Source: Dehalococcoidia bacterium
GTDB lineage: Bacteria; Chloroflexota; Dehalococcoidia; Lucifugimonadales; Lucifugimonadaceae
DNA length: 64,000 nucleotides
Assembly (NCBI GenBank): GCA_028285005.1
Contig: JANQQP010000004.1
Location: 53,261 to 117,260 of the forward strand
Direction: 5' to 3'
Shown one piece after another: positions 55,689 to 64,000 of the stretch. A model generated the notes under the pieces. It made no database searches. It was not told the DNA's origin and saw nothing but the letters and a program-made list of their open reading frames with translations. Position numbers and translations under genes: made by a program. The stretch's first letter is position 1. Each line of letters opens with the position of its first letter.

Positions 55689-58142
55689 TCACCTGCCGGG
55701 ACGGACGACGATGTTCATGAGTCGGCCCGGCACGAAGATCTTTTTGATGATCTCTGACCCGTCCGTGTAACGCTGGACCTTCTCACTGGCCATGGCAGCC
55801 TCTAACGCCGCGTCCTCAGACACACCAGCCGGCAGTTGCAGTTGTTCTCTAACTTTGCCGTTTATCTGGACGACGATTGTCTCTGTGTCGGAGGTGGCCT
55901 TCGCTTCGTCCCAGTCCGGTGTCGACTGCAGGTGAACCGAGTATCGATGGCCAGTCTGCTGCCACAGTTCTTCTGCAATGTGTGGAGCTAGCGGAGCCAG
56001 GTGCAGCAGCAGTCGTTCGATGGCGGACGTCCAGGTTTCGCGTGAGACGCCGTTGGAGTCCGCGATTCGGCTCAGGTCATTCGTGTACTCCATCAGCGCA
56101 GCGATCGTCGTGTTGAACTTGAACTGCTTCATATCGGTAACGACCCGTCCGGTCGTTACGTGCGACATGCGTTCGAGCTCTCGCTCCGCTTTGGGGTCAC
56201 TCTGTGTTGGATCAGTCGTGTCCCGTAGTGTCAGGTCCCACACGCGGTGCAACCATCGAGAAATGCCGTTGATCGCCTGGTCCGACCAGTCACCACCCTG
56301 GTCCCAGGGTCCCAGGAACATCAGGTAGCAACGCAGAGTGTCTGTGCCGAAGCGCTCGACAATCGGCTCCGGGTTCAGCGGATTGGCCCGCTTCGAGATC
56401 TTCATGTGGTCGCGGGTCAGCGTGCCCTGGTTGAACAGCCGAGCATAAGGTTCATCAAATTCGACGAAGCCGATGTCTCGCAGCGCCTTGTTGAAGAAGC
56501 GTGAGTAGAGCAGGTGCATCACTGCATGCTCGGCACCACCCATGTACTGATGGACCGGCACCCACTGCTTTACTCGTTCTGAGTCGAACGGCTCCTCCAT
56601 CAGACCGGGGCTAGTGAATCGGAGGTGATACCAGGACGAGTCGACGAACGTGTCCATCGTGTCGGTCTCGCGTTTGGCCGCGCCATCGCAGTTAGGGCAA
56701 GTCGTGTTGACGAAGTCGTCATCCAGTGTCAACGGTGACTGACCGGTGGGAGTGAACTCTACGTTTTCTGGCAGCAGCACCGGTAGGTCCTGCTCCGGCA
56801 CAGGCACCGTACCGCAGTTATCGCAATAGAGGATCGGGATCGGTGTACCCCAGTAGCGCTGTCTCGAAATCAGCCAGTCGCGCAGGTGGTAGGTGACTGT
56901 TCGGCTGCCCCAACCATTCGCTTCGATCTTGTCTGCGATCTTCTGCATGCCTTCCTGGCTTGGAAGGCCGTCAAACTCGGCCGAGTTGACCTGGGTGCCG
57001 GGAGCGATGTAGGCCTCGGCCAGTGCCTCGCCCGACCAGCCGTCCGGTGCAACGACGACACGAATCGACAGACCGAATTTCTTTGCGAATATGAAGTCAC
57101 GTTGATCGTGAGCCGGCACACCCATGACCGCGCCGGTTCCATACGTGGCCAGCACGTAATCTCCGATCAGGACCGGAACCTTCTCGCCATTCAGCGGGTT
57201 GGTGGCGAATGCACCGGTGTGTACCCCTGTCTTCTCGCGCTCGGTCGAGGTGCGCTCGATTTCAGACTGCTTCCGGGCGTTCTCGATATAGGCGTCGACT
57301 TCTGCCTTCTGGCCGGGCTGCGTCAGAGTTTCGGCCAGCGGATGTTCGGGTGCGAGTACGACGAATGTGACGCCGTAAACGGTGTCGATGCGGGTGGTGA
57401 AGGTCTGGATCTTGTCCGCATCGCCCGCTTCGACATATTCGGAGACATCGAAACCGATGGTCACGCCGGTCGAGCGGCCAATCCAGTTCCGCTGCATCAC
57501 TTTGATCTTCTCGGGCCAGTCGATGCTGTCCATTTCGAGAAGCTCGTCTGCGTAGTCGGTTATGCGGAAGAACCATTGCGGCATCTCGCGCCTGACCACG
57601 GTGGTACCACAGCGCTCGCACGCGCCGTCTTTGACCTGCTCATTTGCCAGCGTTGTCTGGTCTTTCGGGCACCAGTTAGCCGCACCGTTCTTCCGATAAG
57701 CAATGTCCTTTTCAAAGAACTTCAGAAAGAAGAACTGGTTCCACCTGTAGTAGTCGGGGAGACAGGTGGCGAGTTCGCGGCTCCAGTCGTACGAGGCTCC
57801 CATCAGGTTGAACTGCCGCCGCATGTTGTCCATGTTGGCGATGGTCCATTCACGCGGGTCAATGTTGCGCGAGATTGCTGCGTTCTCGGCCGGTAGACCG
57901 AATGAGTCGAAACCCTGCGGATGCATGACGTTGTAGCCCTGCATCCGCATGAAGCGAGCGTGGGCATCGGCAGGCGTGTAGGCGAACCAGTGGCCTATGT
58001 GAACGTCGCCTGACGGGTACGGGAACATCGTCAGGGCGTACCAGTTCTCTTTGCCCGGAACCGAATCTTCAGCTTTGTAGAGCTGGTCTGCAGCCCAACG
58101 GCCCTGCCACTTCGCTTCGATGTCCGCCGGTGAATACTTCAC
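55689..58142 (-). CDS. leuS: leucine--tRNA ligase
   Basis: VKYSPADIEAKWQGRW is followed by a HIGH motif (PYPSGDVHIGH) and a KMSKS-type motif (HMKISKR), with CP1 editing and Zn-finger regions. The in-frame GTG at 58142 gives 817 aa. The 48 residues further upstream in the track ORF have no LeuS similarity. Confidence 0.92.
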   Translation of the reverse strand: MKYSPADIEAKWQGRWAADQLYKAEDSVPGKENWYALTMFPYPSGDVHIGHWFAYTPADAHARFMRMQGYNVMHPQGFDSFGLPAENAAISRNIDPREWTIANMDNMRRQFNLMGASYDWSRELATCLPDYYRWNQFFFLKFFEKDIAYRKNGAANWCPKDQTTLANEQVKDGACERCGTTVVRREMPQWFFRITDYADELLEMDSIDWPEKIKVMQRNWIGRSTGVTIGFDVSEYVEAGDADKIQTFTTRIDTVYGVTFVVLAPEHPLAETLTQPGQKAEVDAYIENARKQSEIERTSTEREKTGVHTGAFATNPLNGEKVPVLIGDYVLATYGTGAVMGVPAHDQRDFIFAKKFGLSIRVVVAPDGWSGEALAEAYIAPGTQVNSAEFDGLPSQEGMQKIADKIEANGWGSRTVTYHLRDWLISRQRYWGTPIPILYCDNCGTVPVPEQDLPVLLPENVEFTPTGQSPLTLDDDFVNTTCPNCDGAAKRETDTMDTFVDSSWYHLRFTSPGLMEEPFDSERVKQWVPVHQYMGGAEHAVMHLLYSRFFNKALRDIGFVEFDEPYARLFNQGTLTRDHMKISKRANPLNPEPIVERFGTDTLRCYLMFLGPWDQGGDWSDQAINGISRWLHRVWDLTLRDTTDPTQSDPKAERELERMSHVTTGRVVTDMKQFKFNTTIAALMEYTNDLSRIADSNGVSRETWTSAIERLLLHLAPLAPHIAEELWQQTGHRYSVHLQSTPDWDEAKATSDTETIVVQINGKVREQLQLPAGVSEDAALEAAMASEKVQRYTDGSEIIKKIFVPGRLMNIVVRPGR

Positions 58143-58363
58143 GGCGGCATTGCGTTCTGTTCTCGAAGCGATGTTGGTCAACTCAGTACTCCGCGCTGGC
58201 TCCAGGTGGCGGTCATGGCAAGTCTCCAGTTGCCACAAGTTTACGCACTCGCCACATGGCTGAACCTTCTGACGTTGAGGTGCCATCGACGCACTCTACG
58301 ACGAATATCGTCATCGCAAGATGCCGAATTCTAGCAATAGCAGGCACGTAGGCGACGAGCAGG

Positions 58364-59167
58364 TTAGCTGTCAACGAGCACCAGTTCATGGCCATTGGCG
58401 AGGATTCGATCGCCGCCGGTTGCTTGCAACATGACGGCGAACTGCGGTTTCTCCGGGGTGAAATCGGAGACCAATGTCTTCATGACATCGAGGTCTCTAC
58501 GACCTGTGACCGGGTTCGCATGAGTGACCAGGCAACGAGTGACTGGTTTCGTCACCTTGAACTCGGTGTTGCCAATGGCTATTCGTTTGCCGACCCAGGA
58601 CATCTCCTCGAAGGGTTTGCCGAGGCCGCGTACGACGATATTTGAACGAAACCTGCGGCCGTCGATACCGGTTTCGTTTAGCGAGTCGCCAAGTGCGGCG
58701 AGGCTCTCTTCACTGTGCAGGGTGACGAGTCCGGCCGCCGTGTCGTGGAACAGCGGCTGTTCGCCATCGCCGACGAGCGTAACGGGACATCGCTCGGGAT
58801 GATTGGTTAGAGGGTTGTCTGGCAAGGTTGCAACGTAGTCCGTGAAGGCGAGTTCGATGGTTCTTCTCTCGTTGGGATCGTCGATTCGCCCATCGATTAT
58901 CTGCAGATCTTCTGCGTGAATTCGCAATCGGTTGCTGTTCTCGTCTAACTCAGTTATCAGCGTCGCAAGCGCTGGCGTGTTCACAAGCCCGACGAAGTTA
59001 TGTTTGGTCTGCCAACTCCAATCGTCAGGGTTGCCGGCGTTTCTGAAACGGAATCCGAGCACGCGATCGCCGACCACACGGCCATCTTTGGTGAGGCTGA
59101 TCGCTTCCAGTCGCTCTGGAGTGAGTGACTTAACCGGATGTCTGTAGAGCTCGGAAACGGTGATCAT
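58364..59167 (-). CDS. MOSC-domain protein
   Basis: An N-terminal beta-barrel start (ELYRHPVKSL) and the MOSC block with conserved Cys (VTRCLVTHANPVTGRRD) are present. Confidence 0.85.
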   Translation of the reverse strand: MITVSELYRHPVKSLTPERLEAISLTKDGRVVGDRVLGFRFRNAGNPDDWSWQTKHNFVGLVNTPALATLITELDENSNRLRIHAEDLQIIDGRIDDPNERRTIELAFTDYVATLPDNPLTNHPERCPVTLVGDGEQPLFHDTAAGLVTLHSEESLAALGDSLNETGIDGRRFRSNIVVRGLGKPFEEMSWVGKRIAIGNTEFKVTKPVTRCLVTHANPVTGRRDLDVMKTLVSDFTPEKPQFAVMLQATGGDRILANGHELVLVDS

Positions 59168-59324
59168 GGGTTGTTGCCGAGAAAATGGGAGAGTTGTTGT
59201 GAGTCTGGCGCTGAGACTTCAGCCAGTAGCTGCGCCGAGCGCCAACGACACGCTCCGTACACTGTACTTTCACACGTTTCCTGATGCGATACGTAGTTCG
59301 ACTGGTCGCTTCGCCTGCTCATCC

Positions 59325-59354
59325 TTGACACGATTTTCCAATGCTACGTAGTAT
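59325..59354 (+). promoter_or_regulatory. candidate sigma-70-type promoter for rny
   Basis: An exact TTGACA (59325-59330) is followed by an 18-nt spacer and TAGTAT (59349-59354), about 75 nt upstream of the rny ATG. Confidence 0.3.
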
Positions 59355-59427
59355 CGAGAGACATATCGTGGGTTAACATCCACGATTAGAACAAGTTAAC
59401 AATTACGGCCAGGTAGGAGCGTCCAGC

Positions 59428-60957
59428 ATGGACATCGTCCTAACGGCCGTCCTGACCGCCCTTGTGATAGGGGTTCTAGCAGCTGCAGGTGGTTTTTACC
59501 TGCGGAACAAGCTAGCGTCGAACTCGATCAGAGCCTCGGAGAACGCTGCGGAGCAACAGATCCGCCGAGCCGAGGCCAGAAGCAAAGAGATCCTTCTCGA
59601 AGCGAAGGAGCAGACTCTTCAGTTACGCACCACGACTGAAGAGGAGTTGAGGAGAGAGCGCCAGGAACTGCAACGGACGGAGAGCCGTCTGGAGGCCCGT
59701 GAGGAGAACCTCGAAAACAGGGCCGGGTTGCTGGAGCAGCGAGATGCAGAGCTACGCCAAACACGTGATGCACTGGAAGAGGAGCAGCGCGAGCTGGCCT
59801 CGGTCAGAATGCAGGAACAGGAAAGGCTTGAGCAGATCTCCGGCCTTTCAATGGCGGACGCCCGACAACTACTCCTTGACCGTGCTGAAGAAGAGGTTGA
59901 GTTTGAGCTAGCCCGTCGCTACCGCGACTCGGAACTCCAGGCAAGAGAGGAAGCGGACGGCAAAGCGAGGCAGGTCCTCGCTTCGACCATTCAGAGACTG
60001 GCCTCAGAGGTCGTCTCAGAGGTCACTGTGAGCAGCGTGCAGCTGCCCAGTGATGACATGAAGGGCAGGCTCATCGGCCGAGAAGGCCGAAACATTCGGG
60101 CCATTGAGGCAGCTACGGGCGTCGACCTCATCGTTGACGACGTGCCAGAGACGGTGACTCTTTCCTGTTTCGACCCGATCAGGCGGGAAGTTGCACGTGT
60201 TGCGCTGGAGCGCCTGATACAGGATGGCAGGATCCATCCGGCTCGCATCGAAGAGTCTGTCGAGAAGGCCCAGCGTGAGGTTGATGAGACCGTGCGCAAG
60301 GCTGGTCAGCAGTCTCTTTTCGACGCCAATGTGAAGGGTCTCCACCCTGAACTGGTCAAGCTGATGGGGCGCCTGAAGTATCGGTACTCGTACGGTGAGA
60401 ACGTGCTGATGCACTCCGTCGAGGTCGGCATTGTTGCCGGCATGATCGGTGCTCAGATCGGAGCTAACCCGCAGCACTGTCGTACGGCAGGCTTTCTGCA
60501 CGACATCGGCAAGGCACTTACCCACGAGGTCGAGGGACCACACGCTGAGATCGGCGCTGACATCGTCTCGAAGTACAACATGCCGGCACGAGTGGTGACT
60601 GCGATTCGCGAACATCACGACCGCGAGATGACGACTGTCGAGTCGTTCGTGGTCGCAGCGGCCGACGCTGTCAGTGCGGCGCGGCCGGGCGCACGGCACG
60701 ACACCGTGGAGAACTACATCCAAAGGTTGCAGGCGCTGGAGGACGTGGCGAGAGGCTTCGAAGGCGTCGAACGTTGCTATGCAATCCAGGCAGGACGGGA
60801 GATCCGCGTGCTTGTGCGGCCGGAAGACGTAGACGATGCGCGTGCGGCCGTGCTCGCCCGAGACATAGCCAAACGTGTTGAGGAGACGCTGGCGTATCCG
60901 GGTCAGATCAGGATCGTTGTGATCAGGGAGTCTCGGTCGGTCGAGATAGCCACGTAG
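59428..60957 (+). CDS. rny: ribonuclease Y
   Basis: An N-terminal TM helix and a long charged coiled coil are followed by a KH domain (GRLIGREGRNIRAIE) and an HD domain (LHDIGKA ... REHH). The ATG is preceded by TAGGAG. Confidence 0.95.
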   Translation: MDIVLTAVLTALVIGVLAAAGGFYLRNKLASNSIRASENAAEQQIRRAEARSKEILLEAKEQTLQLRTTTEEELRRERQELQRTESRLEAREENLENRAGLLEQRDAELRQTRDALEEEQRELASVRMQEQERLEQISGLSMADARQLLLDRAEEEVEFELARRYRDSELQAREEADGKARQVLASTIQRLASEVVSEVTVSSVQLPSDDMKGRLIGREGRNIRAIEAATGVDLIVDDVPETVTLSCFDPIRREVARVALERLIQDGRIHPARIEESVEKAQREVDETVRKAGQQSLFDANVKGLHPELVKLMGRLKYRYSYGENVLMHSVEVGIVAGMIGAQIGANPQHCRTAGFLHDIGKALTHEVEGPHAEIGADIVSKYNMPARVVTAIREHHDREMTTVESFVVAAADAVSAARPGARHDTVENYIQRLQALEDVARGFEGVERCYAIQAGREIRVLVRPEDVDDARAAVLARDIAKRVEETLAYPGQIRIVVIRESRSVEIAT

Positions 60958-61099
60958 TACAATTCGAATAGAAACCCGAGATGGCGGAGCGGGAGCTTGA
61001 TCAACAGGCGGCCTTGCTCCGCCGTTTCGCGTCTTTAAGAGAGGCACAATGAAGTGATCGGCAAGGACTGCTGATCTTGGAAAGCTATCGGAAGTCGAC

Positions 61100-61876
61100 A
61101 TGCGCATATTGATGGTTGGTGACGTGGTCGGGTCAGGGGGCCGGCGCACGGTCAAGAAGATCCTGCCGAAGCTGCGACACGACCTTGCGTTGGACTTTGT
61201 GGTCTTGCAGGGCGAGAACCTTGCCGGTGGCTTCGGTCTGACACTGGAGACGGTGTACGAGATGATCGAGGCTGGAGCTGACATCATCACTACCGGAAAC
61301 CACGTCTGGGACAAGCGAGACATCGTCCGAAAGCTAGATGATCCCTCGTTTCCTGTTCTGAGACCTCTCAACTACCCGCCGATGAACCCGGGACGCGGGG
61401 CAAGTGCAGAAGGGCCGGTCGGCGTAGTCAATCTCATCGGCAGAGTCTGGGTTGGCGAGTTCGACTCGCCGTTTGCAGCGATCGATGACCTGCTGGCGGG
61501 CGACTGGGCCAAAGGAAAGCCAATCGTTGTCGACCTGCATGCGGAAGCAACGTCGGAGAAGGTCGCACTCGGATGGCACCTTGATGGGCGGGTTTCAGCG
61601 CTAGTTGGCACTCACACGCATGTTGCGACGGCCGATTGCCGCATACTGCCGGAGGGCACTGCGTACGTGACGGACCTTGGGATGGTCGGCGGAACCGAGT
61701 CAGTGATTGGCATGCATGTTGAGGAGGCTCTTGACCGGTTTTTGACTGGAGTGGGGCGACGGTTTCGACCTGTTGAGAACGGACCGATGAGGTTCAATTC
61801 GGTGATGATCGAGGTTGACGACTCCACGGGCAATGCGGTGTCGATAGAGAGAGTCGACAGGGAGTTGGAGCTTTGA
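61100..61876 (+). CDS. ymdB: YmdB-family metallophosphoesterase (2',3'-cyclic-nucleotide phosphodiesterase type)
   Basis: MRILMVGDVVG, GENLAGGFG, TGNHVWDK and HAEATSEK are present. The conserved rny-ymdB gene pairing is known from Bacillus. Confidence 0.9.
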   Translation: MRILMVGDVVGSGGRRTVKKILPKLRHDLALDFVVLQGENLAGGFGLTLETVYEMIEAGADIITTGNHVWDKRDIVRKLDDPSFPVLRPLNYPPMNPGRGASAEGPVGVVNLIGRVWVGEFDSPFAAIDDLLAGDWAKGKPIVVDLHAEATSEKVALGWHLDGRVSALVGTHTHVATADCRILPEGTAYVTDLGMVGGTESVIGMHVEEALDRFLTGVGRRFRPVENGPMRFNSVMIEVDDSTGNAVSIERVDRELEL

Positions 61877-62799
61877 CCGGCGAGAGTGACGTTTCACGAT
61901 ACGAGCCTGCTGCCAGGCCGTGGCGGCCCGACTGGCCTGTCGAGGTCGATCTTCATCTGCACACCACTGCCTCGGATGGATCACTATCTCCCACTGAGCT
62001 GATCAATCAGATCCTGCAGACGACCCTCAAAACTGTAGCGATCACCGATCATGACTCGACCGAAGGTGTGGACGAAGCGATGGCGGCGGCTGAGGGTTCT
62101 GAGTTGACCGTCATCCCGGGAATAGAGTTCGGGTCAGAGATCGGCGAGTCCGAGGTTCACTTGATCGGTCTGTTCATCGACCACAACTCTGCCGCTTTGC
62201 AGGCTGCTCTGCGACGATTCCGGGACCAGCGCATAGAAGCCGCGCAGAACATGGTCAAGAAGTTGAATGACCTCGGCATGGATATCACATGGGAACGGGT
62301 GAATGAGCTCGCAGGCGGCGCTGTGGGCCGGCCACACGTCGCTCGGGCACTGCTTGAGAAGGGCTACATCTCTTCTATTCGTGAGGCGTTCGATCGCTTC
62401 ATCGGCAACGACGGGCCGGCGCGAGTGCCTCGCCCGAAGTTCACACCTGTTGAGGCGCTGGAGATTGTTCACGCCGCTCGAGGAGTCGGCATCGTCGCTC
62501 ATCCCAGGACAGTTGATGATCTCGAATCGGTTCTTCCGCCGCTTGCCGAGGCAGGGCTGGCAGGGATTGAGGTCTTCGCTGAGAAGTATGGCGCTGAGCA
62601 CCAGCAGCGATATATGGACATCGCCGAGAAGTACTCGCTGATTCCGGGCGGCGGGACGGACTATCACGCATTTGGGAGCGAAAACGAGGTTAAGCCCGGG
62701 ATGAGTGGGCCTCCGCCTGAAACGGCTCGACTGTTTTTCGAGGCGGCTCTGCAGAAGCATGACGGCAACCCCGGGTTTGTTCCCGAACGCGATCTGTAG
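61873..62799 (+). CDS. PHP-domain metal-dependent phosphoesterase
   Basis: VDLHLHTTASDGSLSP, ITDHDS and GIVAHP are present. The TTG start overlaps the ymdB stop. Confidence 0.85.
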   Translation: MTGESDVSRYEPAARPWRPDWPVEVDLHLHTTASDGSLSPTELINQILQTTLKTVAITDHDSTEGVDEAMAAAEGSELTVIPGIEFGSEIGESEVHLIGLFIDHNSAALQAALRRFRDQRIEAAQNMVKKLNDLGMDITWERVNELAGGAVGRPHVARALLEKGYISSIREAFDRFIGNDGPARVPRPKFTPVEALEIVHAARGVGIVAHPRTVDDLESVLPPLAEAGLAGIEVFAEKYGAEHQQRYMDIAEKYSLIPGGGTDYHAFGSENEVKPGMSGPPPETARLFFEAALQKHDGNPGFVPERDL

Positions 62800-62808
62800 T
62801 GGACTGAG

Positions 62809-63546
62809 ATGGAAGCACTGGCAACGGTCCTGCTGCTCATCGGAGCCTACTTCTTTGGCGCGATCCCAACTTCCTACTGGATGGCCCGTGTCATTCGCGG
62901 GATCGACATTCGCAAGTATGGAAGTGGCAACGTTGGCATTTCGAACTTCGCCCGGCACGTCGGCAGGAGATGGGCCGTTCCGGTCATCATCTTTGATGTA
63001 GCGGTTAAAGGCCCGCTGCCGGTACTGCTGGCATCAAGCAAGGTGCTGGACCTTGGCCTGACGGTTGAAGTCGGCGCCGGGTTGGCGGTGATCCTCGGTC
63101 ATAACTGGTCGATATTCATTCGGTTTTCAGGCGGACGCGGCATGGGTACCGTGCTCGGGGTTGTGGGTTCGCTGAGCTTCGTGCTGGTCTGGATCTACTT
63201 GCTTACGTCGTTCTCGATTTGGCTCATCACCTGGGGCATTAGTGGCCGCAGGGACAGTTCGGTTAGCTGGGTCATATCAGCAGCGCTGCTGCCGGTCTAT
63301 TCGGTGATTCTCGACCTTGAGCCGGAGATCACCTACTACACTCTGATCTTCCTTGGCATCACTATGCTCAAGCGAGCCACGTCCAACGATCCCTCGTACT
63401 GGAAAGAAGTGAACGGTGTGGTTCCGGCAGCCAAATTGCTGCTGGTGAGAATCCTGTTCGACCGGGACACCCTGTCTAGAGAAGGCTGGGTTGGGCGGAA
63501 GCCCGTCATAGACGTCTCATCTGATCCACAGGACTCCCCGAACTAG
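62809..63546 (+). CDS. plsY: glycerol-3-phosphate acyltransferase PlsY
   Basis: This is a multi-pass membrane protein with PlsY blocks (GSGNVGISNF, GHNWSIF, GGRGMG). It has a C-terminal extension compared with typical PlsY of about 200 aa. Confidence 0.9.
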   Translation: MEALATVLLLIGAYFFGAIPTSYWMARVIRGIDIRKYGSGNVGISNFARHVGRRWAVPVIIFDVAVKGPLPVLLASSKVLDLGLTVEVGAGLAVILGHNWSIFIRFSGGRGMGTVLGVVGSLSFVLVWIYLLTSFSIWLITWGISGRRDSSVSWVISAALLPVYSVILDLEPEITYYTLIFLGITMLKRATSNDPSYWKEVNGVVPAAKLLLVRILFDRDTLSREGWVGRKPVIDVSSDPQDSPN

Positions 63547-63598
63547 ACTGAACACGGCCTATCGGCCCTCGTTCGGGCTATTCGATAGACTCCCTTAG

Positions 63599-64000
63599 AT
63601 GCAGCCATCTCAAGCACCAGAGCAGACGGACTTCACTTACTGCAAGCGACACCCGGACACCGAAACCAATCTGCGGTGCGGCAGGTGCGGTGATCTGATC
63701 TGCCCGCGCTGCATGGTGACATCGCCTGTTGGCGCTCGCTGCCCATCATGTGCACGTATCGGCAGGCCGGCGATTCTCGACACAACTTCGACTGAATTGA
63801 GTCGAGCGGTGCTCGCTGGCGCAGGTGCGGCGATTGCCGGTGCGTTGCTGCTGGCGGTTTTGGTGCGAGTGCTGGTCGCGATACCTGGGATCAGTTCAGG
63901 TATCGGGATATTCATAGCTGCGGCCGGCATCGCCGCGCTCGGCTACGGTGTTGGCGAGGCGATCAGGTACGGCTCCGGAAAGAAGGTCGACAAGCGACTG
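63599..64000 (+). CDS. zinc-ribbon/B-box-type membrane protein, partial (runs off the window end)
   Basis: This ORF is not in the supplied track because it has no stop within the window. The ATG at 63599 opens 134 codons: MQPSQAPEQTDFTYCKRHPDTETNLRCGRCGDLICPRCMVTSPVGARCPSCARIG..., with four C-x2-C/H pairs followed by a hydrophobic segment (AGAAIAGALLLAVLVRVLVAI). Confidence 0.5.
   Translation, partial: MQPSQAPEQTDFTYCKRHPDTETNLRCGRCGDLICPRCMVTSPVGARCPSCARIGRPAILDTTSTELSRAVLAGAGAAIAGALLLAVLVRVLVAIPGISSGIGIFIAAAGIAALGYGVGEAIRYGSGKKVDKRL

Noticed and set aside
58143-58286. 48-codon N-terminal extension of leuS, and a T-box riboswitch call for the leader
   Set aside because: The extension (MAPQRQKVQPCGECVNLWQLETCH...) has no LeuS similarity, and the conserved N-terminus begins at the in-frame GTG. 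I could not find the T-box core GGUGGNACCGCG or a proper specifier/antiterminator arrangement.
63637-63930. 97-aa minus-strand ORF at the right end
   Set aside because: It is an Ala/Pro/Arg-rich shadow of the better-supported plus-strand zinc-ribbon membrane ORF.

Overview
This is a 64 kb stretch of a moderately GC-rich bacterial chromosome (hand counts of single 60-nt lines give about 55-60% GC). It is densely coding on both strands and is mostly housekeeping: mfd, proB-proA, gap, eno, rph, an arginine cluster (argJ, argB, argD, argG, argH; no argC in the window), thrB-lysC, recF, apt, leuS, rny-ymdB, plsY and one tRNA-Pro(CGG). Accessory content includes a cell-envelope glycan cluster at 25.5-33.7 kb that abuts the tRNA, a second small polyprenyl-phosphate glycosyltransferase operon at 38.6-40.5 kb, and a run of redox or detoxification-type enzymes at 47-52.9 kb. 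The gene set (RNase Y plus YmdB, PlsY, ArgJ, lipobox lipoproteins) suggests a monoderm-type lineage such as Chloroflexota, but that is only a guess.

The most interesting signals are these:
1. Two genes 7 kb apart are each interrupted by a single in-frame TGA that sits exactly where the first Cys of a CxxC redox motif is expected. One is a DUF3179-family protein (W-TGA-PLC) and the other a peroxiredoxin-like AhpC/TSA protein (HW-TGA-PYC). Each TGA is followed by a SECIS-like hairpin, so both are candidate selenoproteins that ORF callers split or truncate.
2. A lower-GC, tightly overlapping three-gene cassette next to leuS carries a cytosine-5 DNA methyltransferase, an unknown 180-aa protein and a Vsr endonuclease. 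The middle gene is a candidate small restriction nuclease.
3. Several perfect inverted repeats lie in 5' regions (upstream of the NHL-repeat gene, the trxB-like gene and argD).

I found no rRNA, CRISPR array, transposase or integrase.
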